A DNA stretch of 64,000 nucleotides. Origin: the human T2T-CHM13v2.0 reference genome, Homo sapiens. The DNA lies in NCBI RefSeq assembly GCF_009914755.1, contig NC_060933.1, one strand, 5' to 3'. How positions within the stretch are numbered: position 1 is the first letter of the stretch; every line of letters begins with the position of its first letter. The position numbers were made by a program, and so were the translations under genes. Under the pieces are notes generated by a model that searched no databases, was not told the origin of the DNA, and worked only from the letters and a program-made list of their open reading frames with translations. Shown here piece by piece: positions 32,246-53,740 of this stretch.

Positions 32246-32828
32246 TATGGTATGGAGAACAATGGTCCCCAAAGATGTCCATGCCCTAGTTCTGGGAACA
32301 TGGCAAATGGGACTTTGTTGATATGATTAAGATATGGACCTTTAGATGGGAGATTGTCCTCATTATCCTATCCAGTAGGGCCCAAAATAATCACACAAGC
32401 TCTTAGAAGCAGAAGAGAGAGTCAGAAGAAGGGGTGAGAGAAATACAGCATAAGAAGACTTGACCCACAATTGCTGGTTTTAAAGATGGAAGAAAGAGGC
32501 TATGAGCCAAGGGATGTGCTGGCTTCTAGAAGCTGGGAATGACCCCTGGCTTACAGTGAGTGAGAAAATCAAGACCCCAGTCCTATAACTACGAGAAACT
32601 GAAATCTGCCAACAGCCTGAATAAAGACAAAACATGCTTCCCTAGAATAAACAGGAAACATGCTTCCCTAGAGCCTCCAGAAAGGAAGGCAGCCTGCCAT
32701 CATCTTGAGAGTATATTGAGACCCATTTCAGACTTCTGATCTACAGAACTGTAAGGTAATAAATTTGTGTTATTGTAAGCTACTAAAATGTGATGATTTG
32801 TTATGCTAGCAATGGAAAATGAATACAT
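32246..32828 (+). mobile_element. MLT1 (ERVL-MaLR) solo LTR
   Basis: ccccaaagatgtccatgcccta...cttccctagagcctccagaaagg...agcaatggaaaatgaataca. Confidence 0.85.
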
Positions 32829-33346
32829 TGATGCTTTAATTTTCTTTCCAAGATAAGAAGTAAATTGGAGCATTTAATTTTTTATTTACAGTGTTATTGA
32901 ATTGTGATTAGAAAATGTGATCTGTTTGTTTTTGTTTTTAAATTTTATCAATATTTCCTATGGGCCCTAATATGCTAATGTAGTTTTTATCTCCTGACAG
33001 GACCCTGATTAACATTCTAGTGTATGTAAATATCTCAATTTTTATTTGAAAATAATACACATTCACCATTTATCGGGTATAAAATGCAATGTTGCTATGT
33101 GGAACTATTAAATAAAACTTAGTTATTTAAATCCTTTATATTTTTACTTAATTTTTTTCAATCACCTGATCTCTTAAATTCTGAAAGATTTTCTAAATTC
33201 TTCTATAATGATTGCAAATTTGAAAATTTATCATTGTGTTTTTTCTAATTGAAATGATGAAATATTTGATGCTAATGAAAATTTCAAAGCATATAAATGA
33301 ATAGCTATGACTGTTGGTTGATCTTATGAACTAGAACATTACCAAC

Positions 33347-33689
33347 TGATAGGCTTTGGTTGTGTCCCCACCCAAATCTCATCTTGAATTCCCATGTGTT
33401 TTGGGAGGGACCAAGTGGGAGGTAATTGAATCATGGGGGCAGGTGTTTCCCTTGCTGTTCTCATGATAGTGAACAAGTCTCACAAGATCTGATGGTTTTA
33501 AAAAAGGGAGTTTCCCTGCACAAGCTCTCTTCTCTTGTCTGTTGCCATGTGAGTCATGCCTTTCACTTTGCAACATGATTGTGAGCCCTCTTCAGCCACG
33601 TGTAGCTGTAAATCTATAAACCTCATTCTTTTGTAAATTGCCCAGTCTCAGGTATGTCTTTATCAGCAGCATGAAAACGGACTAATATA
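33347..33689 (+). mobile_element. THE1 (MaLR) solo LTR
   Basis: TGATAGGCTTTGGTTGTGTCCCCACCCAAATCTC...AAAACGGACTAATATA; TSD ccaac / ccaat. Confidence 0.92.
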
Positions 33690-33877
33690 CCAATACTTTG
33701 CAACACCTCTGTGACTTCCTGTATCTTATTCGTCTTCTTTCCTTAAGAGTTAATCAACTATTCTGAATTTAGTTTTCATCATTTCCTTGCTTAAAAAAAA
33801 TTCTATCATATATGCATTTCTATTCCTAGACAATATATTACTCAAGTTTTGTTTGCCTTTGAGCTTTAAAAACTGTT

Positions 33878-34608
<731 letters not shown>

Positions 34609-34693
34609 TGTTTCTGAAGTGGTTGTAATTTACCTCTTTAACAGCAGTTGTCTAACAATATATTTCTGTCAGTTCACTTTCTTAACATTCAGT

Positions 34694-41434
<6,741 letters not shown>

Positions 41435-41564
41435 TCTTTATTTTCTTGATTGTTAATGAGCTGAGAATCTTTTCTTGTTTATTGGCCATTGATATTTCCT
41501 TTCTGCGAAATGTGTTTTATGCATTTTTTCCAATTTCCTGTTGGGATTTTGGTCATTGTCTTTC

Positions 41565-41930
41565 TTTCTTTTTTTATTTATATAAATTTAAAGGGTACAA
41601 TTGCAGTTTTGTTACATGGATATATTGCATAGTGTTTAATTCTGGGCTTTGAGCGTTTCTATTAGTGGAATAATGTATATTGTACTCATTAAGTAATCTC
41701 TCATTACCCACCACCCCAACCTCCCATCCTCTGAGTCTCCAGTGTCTATTATTCAACACTCTATGGCCATGTGTACTCATTATTTAGCTCCCACTTCTAA
41801 GTAACACACGGTATTTGACTTTTCATTTCTGAGTTGTCTCACTTAAGATAATGGCCTCCAGTTTCATCCACGTTGCTGCTGAAGTCATAATTTCATTCTT
41901 TTTTTTGACCGAATAGTACTGCATTATGTA
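41565..41930 (-). mobile_element. L1MA/PB 3' end
   Basis: T-tail, then 3'UTR motifs (gggtacaattgcagttttgttacatgg; cacttaagataatggcctccag). Confidence 0.8.
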
Positions 41931-41968
41931 TGTTATTTTCTTACAGAATTTAAGGTATTATTTATGTA

Positions 41969-42272
41969 TTTTTTTTTTTCTCTCTGTATGTATTTTTTGC
42001 TCTGTTGCCCAGGCTGGAGTACAGTGGTGTGATGATGGCTCCCTGCAGCCTTGATCTCCTGGGTTGAAGCCATCCTCTTGCCTCAATCTCCTAAGTAGCT
42101 GGGACTACAGGAACGTGCCACGACACGTGGCTAATTTTTTAATTTTATTTTTGTAGAGATGGGGTCTTGCTATGTTGCCTAGGCTAGCCTCAAACTGCTG
42201 GGCTCAAGCAATACTCCCACCATGGCCTCCCAAAGTGCTGGAATATAGGAGTGAGCCACTGTTCACAGCTGG
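41969..42272 (-). mobile_element. AluJ
   Basis: Diverged dimer. Confidence 0.9.
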
Positions 42273-43029
42273 TCTCCATATTTAATATTTTGTTTCTCTT
42301 AAGTGTGGCAAATCTCTTTCCCAGTTTGTGATTTGGACTTTGTTTTTTGTTTAATTTATTCATCTTTTATAATTTACTTTTTAAAGTCTTATTTCAATAA
42401 TCATTCCCTACCTCCAGATCATAAAAGTATTCTGCTTTATTTCCCCCCATCAAACATTGATAATTAATTTTTGCAAATGGTTTAATCCTATTTCATTTAT
42501 TTTTTGATATGGACAATCATTTTTTCAGTACCACTTTTTGAACAGTTAGTTTTTTCCAGGTGACTGCAAAGACACTTCTGTCAAATATCAAGTTTTCATT
42601 TTTTGAGGGTCTGCTTCTGGACAATGTATTCTATTAGACTGTCTATTTGCCCATCAGAGTTCCTATGCCACTCTGTATTAATTATTCTAGTTTCAATATA
42701 AGTTCTAATATATACTAGGGCAACACTCTCTGCTTCCTTCTTTTTCCTTCAGTCTTTGTCCTTGTCCTCTTTCTTGTCCTCCTTTTCATTTTTTTTTTGG
42801 TTATTCTTAGGTTTTAATATTTTCATGTAAATTTTAAACTCTATTTCAAGAGCTTTTCAAATTCCTTTAAAAATTTAAAAAATCTTCCTGGAACTTGACT
42901 GAAATTGCATTGAATCAATAGATAACTCTGTAGAGAATTGACATCTTGATGACATTGAGTCATGCTATCCTATTATGGAATATGATATCTCTATTTAGGT
43001 CATATTTAATTAAAATGGTCTGTATAAAA

Positions 43030-43850
43030 TATTAATAATAACTGCTGTAGACCGTCACATAGAAGTTTTTGTGCAGACACATGTGTCCAGTTCTCTTGAG
43101 AATATACACAGGTAAGAAATTGCTGGTCCATATGGCTTAACTATGTTTAACTTTGAGAAACCGCCAAACTGTTTCCTAAGCAGCTGCACCATTTTGCACT
43201 CCTACCAGCTACGTATGAGGCTTTTAATTTCTCCACATGGTTGTCAACATTTATTGTTATCTTCTTTTAGATCATAGTCATTCTAGTGAGTGGGAAGTGG
43301 TACATCATTGTGGTTTTAACTTGTGTTTACTTGATGACTAATTTTGAGTATCTTTTGAGTATATATAGATATATATATAACATCTATATGTATATATAGA
43401 TATATATATAACATCTATATGTATATATAGATATACATAACATATCTACATATAGATATACATAATATATATAACTGTATAGATATATAACAGCTATAAT
43501 ATATAGTTGTATATAACACATAAATGCACACATATAGACATATATATATATATATATATGATTTGCAAATGTCTTCTCCCATTCTATGGCTTTTTTTTTT
43601 ACTTTCTTGATCACATTCTTTGTAGTATAAAAAATTTTAATATTGATGGAGTCCACTTACCTATTTTTATTAGGTTGTTTGTTCTTTTGGTGTCATATCA
43701 AATACACTATTGCCTAAGCCAAGATCACAAAGATTTACTCCTGTGCTTTCTTCTAAGAGTTTTATAGCTTTATTTCCTATATTTATAAGAAATATAAAGT
43801 TCTATGATGTATACTGAGTTAATATTTATATCTGGTGTGAAGTAGGAACA
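43030..43850 (-). mobile_element. L1M ORF2-3' relic containing a TA-rich minisatellite
   Basis: gaaattgctggtccatatgg, ctgcaccattttgcactcc, atttgcaaatgtcttctcccattct. Confidence 0.75.
43359..43560. repeat. TA-rich minisatellite (~30-bp unit tatatagatatatatataacatctatatg)
   Basis: Directly visible. Confidence 0.9.
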
Positions 43851-45370
43851 ATTTTTATCATACTTTAACTCTTTAGATAAATTTTAAAAAATTATTTTAA
43901 CATAATAGCTGATTTAAAATCTGTTTCTAATATGTCTACAATCTGGGCTTTTGTAGAAATAGTTTCTGTTAATTATTTTCCCCCCTGTGTATTGCTCATA
44001 CTTTCCTGCTTCTTTGGGTGCCTTAAATTTTTTTGGTGAAACTGAACATCTAAAATAAATAATGTGGTAAGTCTGGAAATGATAGCCCCCCATTTCCAGG
44101 GCTTGTTCTTATTGGTATTTGTTGCTGTTAGTTTAGTGACATTCCTGCACTAATTCTGTAGCCTGTGTTTTTTCTTTTAACTGACCACTGGTGTCTCTGC
44201 CTGGTAAGACTGATGGTCAGCTCATGATTGAATAGAGATTTCCTAAAATGTCCTGTATCATAAGTCTCCCAGCCTTTGCTGATGGGCTGTGTGTGTGTGT
44301 GTTTGTGTGTGTGTGTTGCAAAATGTCTTGAATGCTCCAATTTGCAGTCTACAATTCTGGCTTAGCTTTATCTTTCTTCTTGTGCAGGGACTCAAAGTGA
44401 GCCAGAGGTGAGAAATTACATGTTCTTAGGTCTTTCTTGGGCATGTACAGAACCCTGCAAATATATGTGGTTTTCTAGATCCCAGTAATATGTCAGAACT
44501 TTTAAAGCTCCCTATGAATACTTTGTTTCCCATTTTTTATTCCTTTTCAATTTTTTGGTCATCCTCTTGTTAGCCCAACTGGTAACCCTGCCTTAGTTAG
44601 CCATGAAGTTGAATAATTGCCAGTGATTTTTTTTTTTTTTTTGACAAATACCGTGGGATAGGTCAGTTTGCAAAGACTGACCTCTGAGTTAAGTGAAATA
44701 ATGATAAACCCTGAAAATGGTGCTTTTCAAATGCTGCTGGTCAGGTCAAATATATTCTTTAGGGTTAGATCTTTAGGGAGCTCCAAACCTATTCTCCCTT
44801 CTCTAATGGCTACTAGGCTGAAGGTTTTCACAGTTACCATCATTGTGAGGCTGTTGGTTTTTAAAGCTACTGCAATGCTAGAAAAAGGAGATAGGATTAG
44901 GGCAAGTTAAAGTGCCACAAAATTTGCTCTTCTTACTGAATTTTAGCTGCTTTCCTTGAATGAACATTCATTGAATTGCTGCGGTTTTTAATTTACAGCA
45001 TTTTGAAAAAGTTGATTTTGATAATTTTTGCAAGTGTTCTTTCTCATTGCTTTTATGAAGAGATGGATTTTCAGAGTTCCTTACTCTATCATTCTGATGA
45101 CAGAGTATCTGATATACTAAATGTTGATGTATTTTTAAATTTGTTGTTTTTGTTATACTCTTAATTTTGAAAACAATTAACAATGAAGATAATAGAGATT
45201 GACATAAATAAATATGAGAGACATCAATATACCTAGCTTTTATAATTAACCAATGTTAATCTTCTTATCATTGTTGTACTCTGTTGAAATCTACTAATAA
45301 TACAAGGTTGTCATGATTCAATTATTTGGTTGTTTCTGTCCTAAAAAGTTACCTATCTTAAGAAGCACTT

Positions 45371-45542
45371 GGATCAGGCGTAGTGGCTCATGCCTATAAT
45401 CTGAATGCTTTGGGAGGCTGAGGCAGGTAGATCACGAGGTCAGGAGTTCAAGATCAGCCTGGCCAAGATGGTGAAACCCAGTCTTTACTAAAAATACAAA
45501 AACTAGCCTGGCGTGGTGGTGGGCGCCTGTAATCCCAGCTAC
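45371..45542 (+). mobile_element. AluS, 3'-truncated (left arm plus start of right arm)
   Basis: Ends abruptly at tgtaatcccagctac. Confidence 0.9.
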
Positions 45543-47252
45543 ATGTTTTTAATGTCCCTGACTTTCAATCTTCTAATTTATAAAATAGCAACCATAACAT
45601 ACACCTCATAGGGTTATGTTGAAGATTAAATGACACAATGTATGTAATGCTCTTTCTTCAATACATAGTGCCTATAATTATTTAAAATTGAAGCAGTAGT
45701 TTGGATATAATTTCAGTTGGAGGAAATTAGCAGGTGAGACGGTTTATTCATGTCAGAAATTTAACATCCTCCCACCTCTTTCAGTTGGTTACTTTGAAAT
45801 TTTCCATACTTCCTCTTCAGCTGTGATTCTTTTGAGGGGGCATCATTTATTTATATATTTCAGTTCCAAAGCACAGGAAAATATCCTGTTGACAGCATCT
45901 TCAATCAATTGCACAGTCTACTTCTTTCCTAGGGCCAGGAAGCCTTGGGTAGGTTACTTCTTAATCCAACTTGAGCAGTAGTGGGCTTACTACTTCATGT
46001 AACATATCAATTTTACAAATTTACCTTGCATGTCAGGGATAAACATAGGTGTTTCACAGAATGTTATCTATCTTTCCCTAAGTTTCTGTAACCACTAATA
46101 GATAGCAGTAACATCAAATGTCAAAATATTAATTGCTTTTTTATTCCCCAACATCAGACTGTGCAGTTACTTAGTAATTGGTGTTAAATTTATCTGGTAG
46201 ATAAAATGAAAAAGATATTGATGTTATATTTCAAGGGGTGCTTACAGAAATAATGAATAACAAAAATTAAATTAAGCAAAATGTACATGCAAACATTTAA
46301 ATCACTTTCGCAAATAGAATTTAAAACATTTCACGTGATCTTGCTTTGGGATTCACAATAAATAAATGCTCAGATATTTTACTTAGCTATTTTTGAAATC
46401 CTTTCTGTGTACTTGAGCAAATATTTATGATAAAATCACAATCTTTGCTACTAATCTTTAAATTGCCACGTGCAAAATTTGGGTGGAGTAGGATACATAG
46501 AGAATATCTATTTTTAAAGAAAGTAAGAAAGTGTGTGGATTTTGTTAGTCTAAATGTTATTTTTCTTCCCAATGATGAGGGCATCTCCTTAGTCTAGCCC
46601 TGTGGGTTCTGGTGATGATCATTCATGTTATATATATATGTGTGATTTGATTCCTTGGTCCAGTGGCCATTTTTAGAAGTTATCAATTTCCCTGTGTTCT
46701 TACTTTACTCCCCATCTCCATTTAGTTAGTGATTTAAAGAAAGAGTTATTTTCTATCATATTTTTTATGGCCGATTTGAAGAATTTTATAAGATCCAAAA
46801 TGTTACTGTTTCTTCCCCCAAGGCTGAAGAAATTAGAATGTGAGCCCAGAATATGTGTAGAAAAGAAGCTAATTGGAGTAGAGCACCAGACTCAAATATC
46901 ATAGGCCAGAATGCTCACATATCTGGGTCTATAATTATTTGGCAAGTGGCATCTACAGTGCTTTCACTAGGAACCAAAGAGATTTTGCCCCCAAATGTAA
47001 ATGGGAGTGAGGGTAATATTTGTATAGGGACTACAGTAGTTCTGATATATTGAGGAAAAGTTCTTCACATGTTACTTAAATTTTACTCCACTCCTGAGAC
47101 TCAGCCATTACTATTTTTCTTTTTTTTTCAGACGAGAACATTTTTTTTCTTAGAGAGGTTAAATATTTTCTCATAAGTCATATCACTAGTAAGGATAGAG
47201 CCAACCTAGGTCTACCAAATACCTAATTCCGTGTCATTTTTGATATATTTTC

Positions 47253-47563
47253 TCTTTCTTTCTTTCTTTCTTTTTTTTTTTGTGATATGGAGTCTTGGTC
47301 TGTCGCCCAGGCTGGAGTGCAGTGGCACAATCTCGGCTCACTGCAACGTCTGCCTCCTGAATTCAAGCGATTCTCCTGCCTCGGCCTCCTGAGTAGCTGG
47401 GACTACAGGCAGGCTACTATACCTGGCTAATTTTTGTATTTTTAGTGGAGATGGGGTTTCACCATGTTGGCCAGGCTGGTCTTGAACTCCAGATCTCAGA
47501 TGATCCACTTGCCTCAGCCTCCCAAAGTGCTGGGATTACAGGTGTGAGCCACTGCACCCAGCC
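47253..47563 (-). mobile_element. AluS
   Basis: TSD CATTTTTGATATATTTTC at 47235 and 47564. Confidence 0.95.
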
Positions 47564-48064
47564 CATTTTTGATATATTTTCTTGAGAGTAGTGTAATTAA
47601 TGTCAGATTAAGGAGGTAAATTAACACTTTTATAAAATGAAAAATGTTAAGAATACTTATGCATTTTTTAGCATACAAGTATGTGGTTCAGATAGCGACA
47701 GTGATATTTTTACCAAATGTTCATAGGTAAGGAAATAAAATTCAAACAGTGCTGCTTTTCCCTAATTCTACTTCCTCCAGTCTTCAAATGTAAAGAATTT
47801 GATGTAATATTTAGTTGGCTATAAAACAAAAATCCCTAAATATATGTTCTATTTCTGCTATGTAGAATGCCTATGTTTCCAAATGTAAAGAGCCTATTGA
47901 ACATCTAACTTAATAAGAAGAAATTTTTTTCTTCATGAGGACATTTATAATTCTCATGATTTTACAGTTCATTTCCCCTACAGATCCAGAGTTCTCTTGG
48001 AGTAACTATTGAACAAGTATAGTACATTTATCGAGTATCTGCTTATGCTTGATAATTTATTTGT

Positions 48065-48495
48065 CTCATCCAGATCCGCTCTACACTCTTCTCTCTCTTG
48101 TTCTGTGTCCTGGGAGGCTAACCTTTTTATAAAGTGCATCAGTAGGATCTCCTGCTCTGTGGCTTCTTGTGGGAATTTCCCAGTGGCAGTCACTATCAGG
48201 AGAATGGAGGCCTAGAGAAGAGTAAGATTGGGGTATTTTTTTATTTGATTTGTTTTTTGTCATGGCTCCACAGGGTTGTTTGAATCTTGCCTATAACAGA
48301 CCACTGCTCCTAGAGCTATAGTTACTCTATTAAGATTCCAGAAACTTCTCCCTCCACCTTTTTATGCATAATTGCATAATAGCAATTATAACTTGTAGGT
48401 TTCCCTTACAACTGTCCATACTTTTGTAAATCGTCCTTTTATTATCCAATTTGAGTGCACAATCTGTTTCCTACCAGAAGCCTGACTGGTACACA
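48065..48495. mobile_element. Old MLT1-like LTR
   Basis: Ends ...ttatccaatttgagtgcacaatctgtttcctaccagaagcctgactggtaca. Confidence 0.55.
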
Positions 48496-48771
48496 GCTAC
48501 ATACTGAAAAATGTATTAGCCTCTGTACTCTAGACAGAACAGAGGGGTAATTCTTAGGGGAGAGACATTACTAAAAAGCAAAGAACAGATACCAGGCATA
48601 CGCAATGAAACATACCATACAAATTAACATGGCCAACAGTTCCAACAATTGACTGTGGAGATGGAAAAAAGAAAAACTGGAGTTAGTGAGATTTATTGAA
48701 TCTTCAAAAGTACACATTTGGTAGAGTAAAACTAAATATTGGTAGAGTAAAGCTAAATATTAAAAAATATT

Positions 48772-49193
<422 letters not shown>

Positions 49194-49267
49194 TCAGTAA
49201 TTGCTCTTAGAGTATAATACATGGGAGTTATTTCTCTCCCTGAGATACTGAGTGATATGATACTCAC

Positions 49268-49437
49268 GGAATTTGCTATTTGGGTGGTATAGCTTTCATG
49301 GAACTTGACCTTTGAGTGGTACTCTGCTTTGGAAGTTTAATTCTGGGCGATACAGCCTTTATAGAATTTAACCTTTGGGTGGTGCGTTCTTCGGGAATTT
49401 GACCCTGAGTGGTACAGTTCTTGTCTAATTTGACCTG
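49268..49437. repeat. Degenerate ~31-32-bp tandem array (5.4 copies)
   Basis: Units start at 49268, 49300, 49331, 49363, 49394 and 49425; consensus ~GGAATTTGACCTTTGAGTGGTACAGCTTTCAT. Confidence 0.8.
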
Positions 49438-49499
49438 TAAAGTCACTGGATGAATTTTAAATGGGATATGCATTACAATATATGACAAAGTCACAGCTC

Positions 49500-50420
49500 A
49501 AATCTAAAAAAGCACTTGAACTCCGAGTTTATAAAGAAATTTAAAATAATAAGATATACAATCCAATTTAAAACATAGACAACAAGTTAAATAGTTTGCC
49601 AAAGGTGTACCAATGCAAACAGGGACATGAAAAGATGCTCAACATCATTGGTTATTAGAAAAATGCAAATTAAAGCCATATTGAGATACCGCCATAGACC
49701 TGCTAGAATGGGTAAAATTAAAAAGATTGAGAATAACAAGTGATCGTGAGGTTGTGATACAACTGAAAGCCTCTTATGTTGGTGTCCAAGAATGCTAAAA
49801 TGATACAGCCACTTTGAAAAACAGCATTGGCAGTCTTTTTTCTTATAAAGATAAACATATTTATCATATGATTTAACAATTCCACTTCTAAGTATTTACC
49901 AAAATAAATACAAACAGGTTTAAACAAAGACCTGAACTCAAATGTTCAGAGAAGCTTTATTCATAACAACCCAAACCTGGAAACAAACGTAATGTTCATC
50001 AAATAACGAATGGATAAATACTTTAATATTCATATAATGGAATGCTACCCAGCGGTAAAAAGGAGTGTACTGCAAATACCGGAGACAACATCATAAATTT
50101 CAAAAGTATGATGCTAAGTGAATAAAGTCAGGTATAAGACATCACATACTGTATGATTCCATTTATATTACATTCTATAAAGGCAAACTTATAGGGAAAG
50201 CAAACAAATTAGTGATTACCAGAGGCTAGGGAGTTGGGGGAGCAGGTGTTGACCACAAAGGAAAATAAAGGAACTTTTCTAGATGATAAAAATGTTCTGA
50301 TTCTTGATGATGGTGGTTACATGACTGTATATATTTATCAAAACTCATCAAACTGTACATTTAAAATAGTGGGCCTTATTGTATGTAATTATACTTCAAT
50401 AAACGTGACCAAAAAAAGGT
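49500..50420 (+). mobile_element. L1M (MC/MD/ME) 3' end
   Basis: aaaagatgctcaacatcattggttattagaaaaatgcaaatt ... gtatgtaattatacttcaataaa. Confidence 0.8.
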
Positions 50421-51072
50421 AGAAAGTTAGTCAGTTTACTCTATGATAGTAGGTAAGTGTTCAGTTCCTCTCTGAAGTTGTTGATGGTATATTTTGATAT
50501 TGGGCATATTTCAGTGCAATTCAGCTTATTTGAAATTTGAAGCACTGAAGGAGATAAGATTATTTACACTCTAAATGGTATGTTATTGGAAAAGTACAGT
50601 ATGTGAATAGAGTTTATTTCTTTTGCTAAAAACCTTACTTATTTGCTCTTATGCAATGAAAATACCTGTGTATATTATGAATGATGGATTAAGATGAAGT
50701 AGAGAAATTCTAAGAGAGGACCAAAGACTGAGTCAAGGGTCCATGAAAATGGTAATTTCCAATTAAGGAAAATAAGCAATTCAAACAACTATATCCAACA
50801 AAGACCATTTTGCATAAATTTAGGCCAATCAGACTTAAGAGTTCCTTTTGGAGTTACCTGGAAGGGCTCGGAAGGCACCCTCACGATGACCAGATTAAAT
50901 TTGTATTTGTCCTCCATACTCCATACAATCAGAGGTAACTAAAACTACCTTTTTTTTCTTAATGGTGTTGGAGGAATTAATATCAAAATATCAAAGAAAT
51001 CCTTCTAAGGATATTTTTTAAACAGTGGAAATTTTGAAGAAAGGAAACATCACAATTTTAAAAAGATAACCT

Positions 51073-51143
51073 GCACAACGTGCACGTGTACCCTAAAACT
51101 TAAAGTATAATAAAAAAAAAAAAAAGAAAAGTAAAAAAAAAAA
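51073..51143 (+). mobile_element. Ultra-short young L1PA 3' insertion (~40 nt L1 plus poly(A))
   Basis: gcacaacgtgcacgtgtaccctaaaacttaaagtataataaa(A)n; TSD AAAAAGATAACCT at 51060-51072 and 51144-51156. Confidence 0.92.
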
Positions 51144-52521
51144 AAAAAGATAACCTTTCTGCATTCCTGACTTGTATCTCACAATGCCATTGTGACCTTA
51201 TTACTACCTAAAATCAATCCTGAATAGTTCATTTTTATATTTTACTTTAGTGTTTTACTTAAAGACTGTCATTTCCCCCCTCGTTATCTGACTTGGTATT
51301 TCTTGCATAAATTTGTTGCTTGTATTTTATCGTCTTCCAGGCTGTTTGTTTTGCGGCTAGCGAGTTATACATTTGTTTCAAATGCATAATGAGTATTTTG
51401 GTGTCTGATCTCATTTCTTAGAAATATTAAATTATCTTATTTTTGTACTCCATATACTCTATCTGTGGGTTCTCTCTGTGGTGGCATTAAAACAAATGTT
51501 CTTAAATTTTGTGTGAACTCTGTGCGCTCCAAAAAGGGGTAGTGTCTCCCTGGGCATTCAAGGAGTTTTTAAGGAGCCAGTTTTCTCAGTCAAGAGTAGT
51601 TGGTTGTGATCTAAAACATATCCCCACAGTCAAATGTGATAGTACTCTTGCTTTTCAAATGCTAGCATTATTTTAGAAGTTCTAAGCATTAGTGTTTCAT
51701 ATGCAAATGAAGATTACATTTTATGAACGAGAACTCCTGTGTTTTGAATGCCTACTGTTGCTCACATATTGGCACTTCCCCTGTGTTTCTTGATCTTCCT
51801 CAAAATTATATGAGATAGGTAGAGAAATCTAAGGTTGACATGTAAAGTGACTAGCCCAAATTTACATAACTTAGGAACAGAGGTAACGTTGAACCCACCC
51901 CTATCAGACTTTAAACACAAGGCATTTTCAACTATATCCTACAGAAAATAGAAAAGAAAAAGGGAAATTTTCAAAGTAAAAGAAGACTATATGAAATTTA
52001 AGTTTCCTGGGTTGTTACTCTTCCAGGATTCCATAAAAACTTTTAAAAGAAATTAAAATCACATACCTTCGTACCCATTTGTTTTTACCTTATATCATAC
52101 CCGCTTCAATGGATAGAAGAAACAACGTTTCGTAAAGTAAGAAGTTCTGGAGATTTTTTAGTGGATAATTAGTTTCAAAGTTGCAGCTGAATTAAAACAA
52201 GATTTTCCTGTTGGTAATCTCTCTGTGTCCAAAAAGATGTTGTGATTTTTATTTTTGATTTTTATGTTGTTTTCTTATATGCTTCCAGCCTTTTTGAAAC
52301 AATAGCAAACATGTTGTTATGCTTGTATATGATCAGGGAAATTACAAATATGTATTTTGCTGTAGTCATATTCTCACTTATATCAGTTTGAAGTGCCTTT
52401 TCTAGTCTGTGATGGTTATAGGTAGTCTGATCAGGTCCTATAACTATTACTTACTGAGTCTAGTTCTACATTTACACCAAATATTTCTATGAAAAGTAAT
52501 GTATCCAACTTTTGTTTTGGT

Positions 52522-52830
52522 TCTTTCTTTTTTTTTTTTTTGTTTGTTTTTTGAGAGAGGGTCTCACTCTGTTGCCCAGGTTGAAGTGCAGTGGCATGAT
52601 CTCTGCTCACTGCAGCCTCCACCTCCCAGACTGAGGTGATCCTCCTACCTCAGCTTCCCAAGTAGCTGAGACTACAGGTATGTGCCACCACCCCTGGCCA
52701 ATTTTTGTATTTTTTTGTAAAGGTGGGGTTTTGCCATGTTGCCCAGGTTGGTCCCAACTTCTGGGCTCAAGTGATCTCCCCACCTCTGCCTCCCAAAGTG
52801 CTGGAATTATAGGCATGAACCACAGCACCC
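52522..52830 (-). mobile_element. AluJ
   Basis: Diverged dimer after T-rich tail. Confidence 0.92.
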
Positions 52831-53262
52831 AATCTATTTTGGTTATTTCTGCAAAACCAGAAACATCTATTAATCAGAATATTTTTGATGTTATCTGGCA
52901 CTATCTACTAAATTACATAAAGAAAAACTGAATTTCATATCACTGAGAAGTGGGTGTATTAAATGCCATAGATTTTTTGGATGATCATTTAAAGTGGTTG
53001 AAAGCCTGCTGACAGAATCCAAAAGGAACTTGGCAGGAAGATATAATCTTGGCAGATTTTATTAAAGGGCACTTCCCTCCCTTCTTTCTTTCTCCAGTCA
53101 ATGATATAATTGTTACAGGAGAGATGGAGATTGATCCACGGACTACCTAAGTAGTCCTTTGATTTATGGGCTTCTGATTACACGTAGGGTTAAATATGTT
53201 TGAAGGATAGTCTCAAAAATAAATTAATGACACTTCTGGCTATTTGGAAGAGTTTGAATATA

Positions 53263-53740
53263 TTCATTCATTCATTCATTCATTATTAAGCATTCACACA
53301 CATATTTTATCTTCCTTCAAAGAGTTTGTAATTTAATGGTGAGAGTAAGACATAAATGAAAATAAAAGGCAGAAGAATAGTTCAGTGAAAGAGGCATCCA
53401 TAAATTTGTTAAGTCAGAAAGAAGCATAACTTCTCAGGGTAGAGACTACGGAAGGCTTTCTGGAAGAAGTCGCATTTGGACTATGCCTAACAGATGATAA
53501 TGGTGGAACAGGGAAGGGTATTCAAGTAGGAGGGAACAGACTGACTGACAACATAGATAGCTTTTGGGTATGTATGGAGAATGGGGAGTAGTGTGATTTG
53601 GCTTGAAACAGGATAATAAAATGGGAAAATAAGGTGGGACACTTGGGAAGTGTTGAAATTCTGGATGGAGTGTGTGGCAGGCTAAGGAATTTGGCTTTTA
53701 TTCCACAGGCAGTTGAGAAACCAATTGGCACTAATGCAGC
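53263..53740 (-). mobile_element. L2 3' relic with (TTCA)n end
   Basis: (ttca)n, then L2-like ggaaggctttctggaagaagt, gctaaggaatttggcttttattcc. Confidence 0.65.

Noticed and set aside
43359-43560. Quasi-palindromic TA-rich array as a special structure
   Set aside because: Ordinary (TA)n-derived minisatellite expansion within an old L1.
49268-49437. CRISPR-like appearance of the ~31-bp array
   Set aside because: Units are contiguous and degenerate without unique spacers; primate context with no cas genes.
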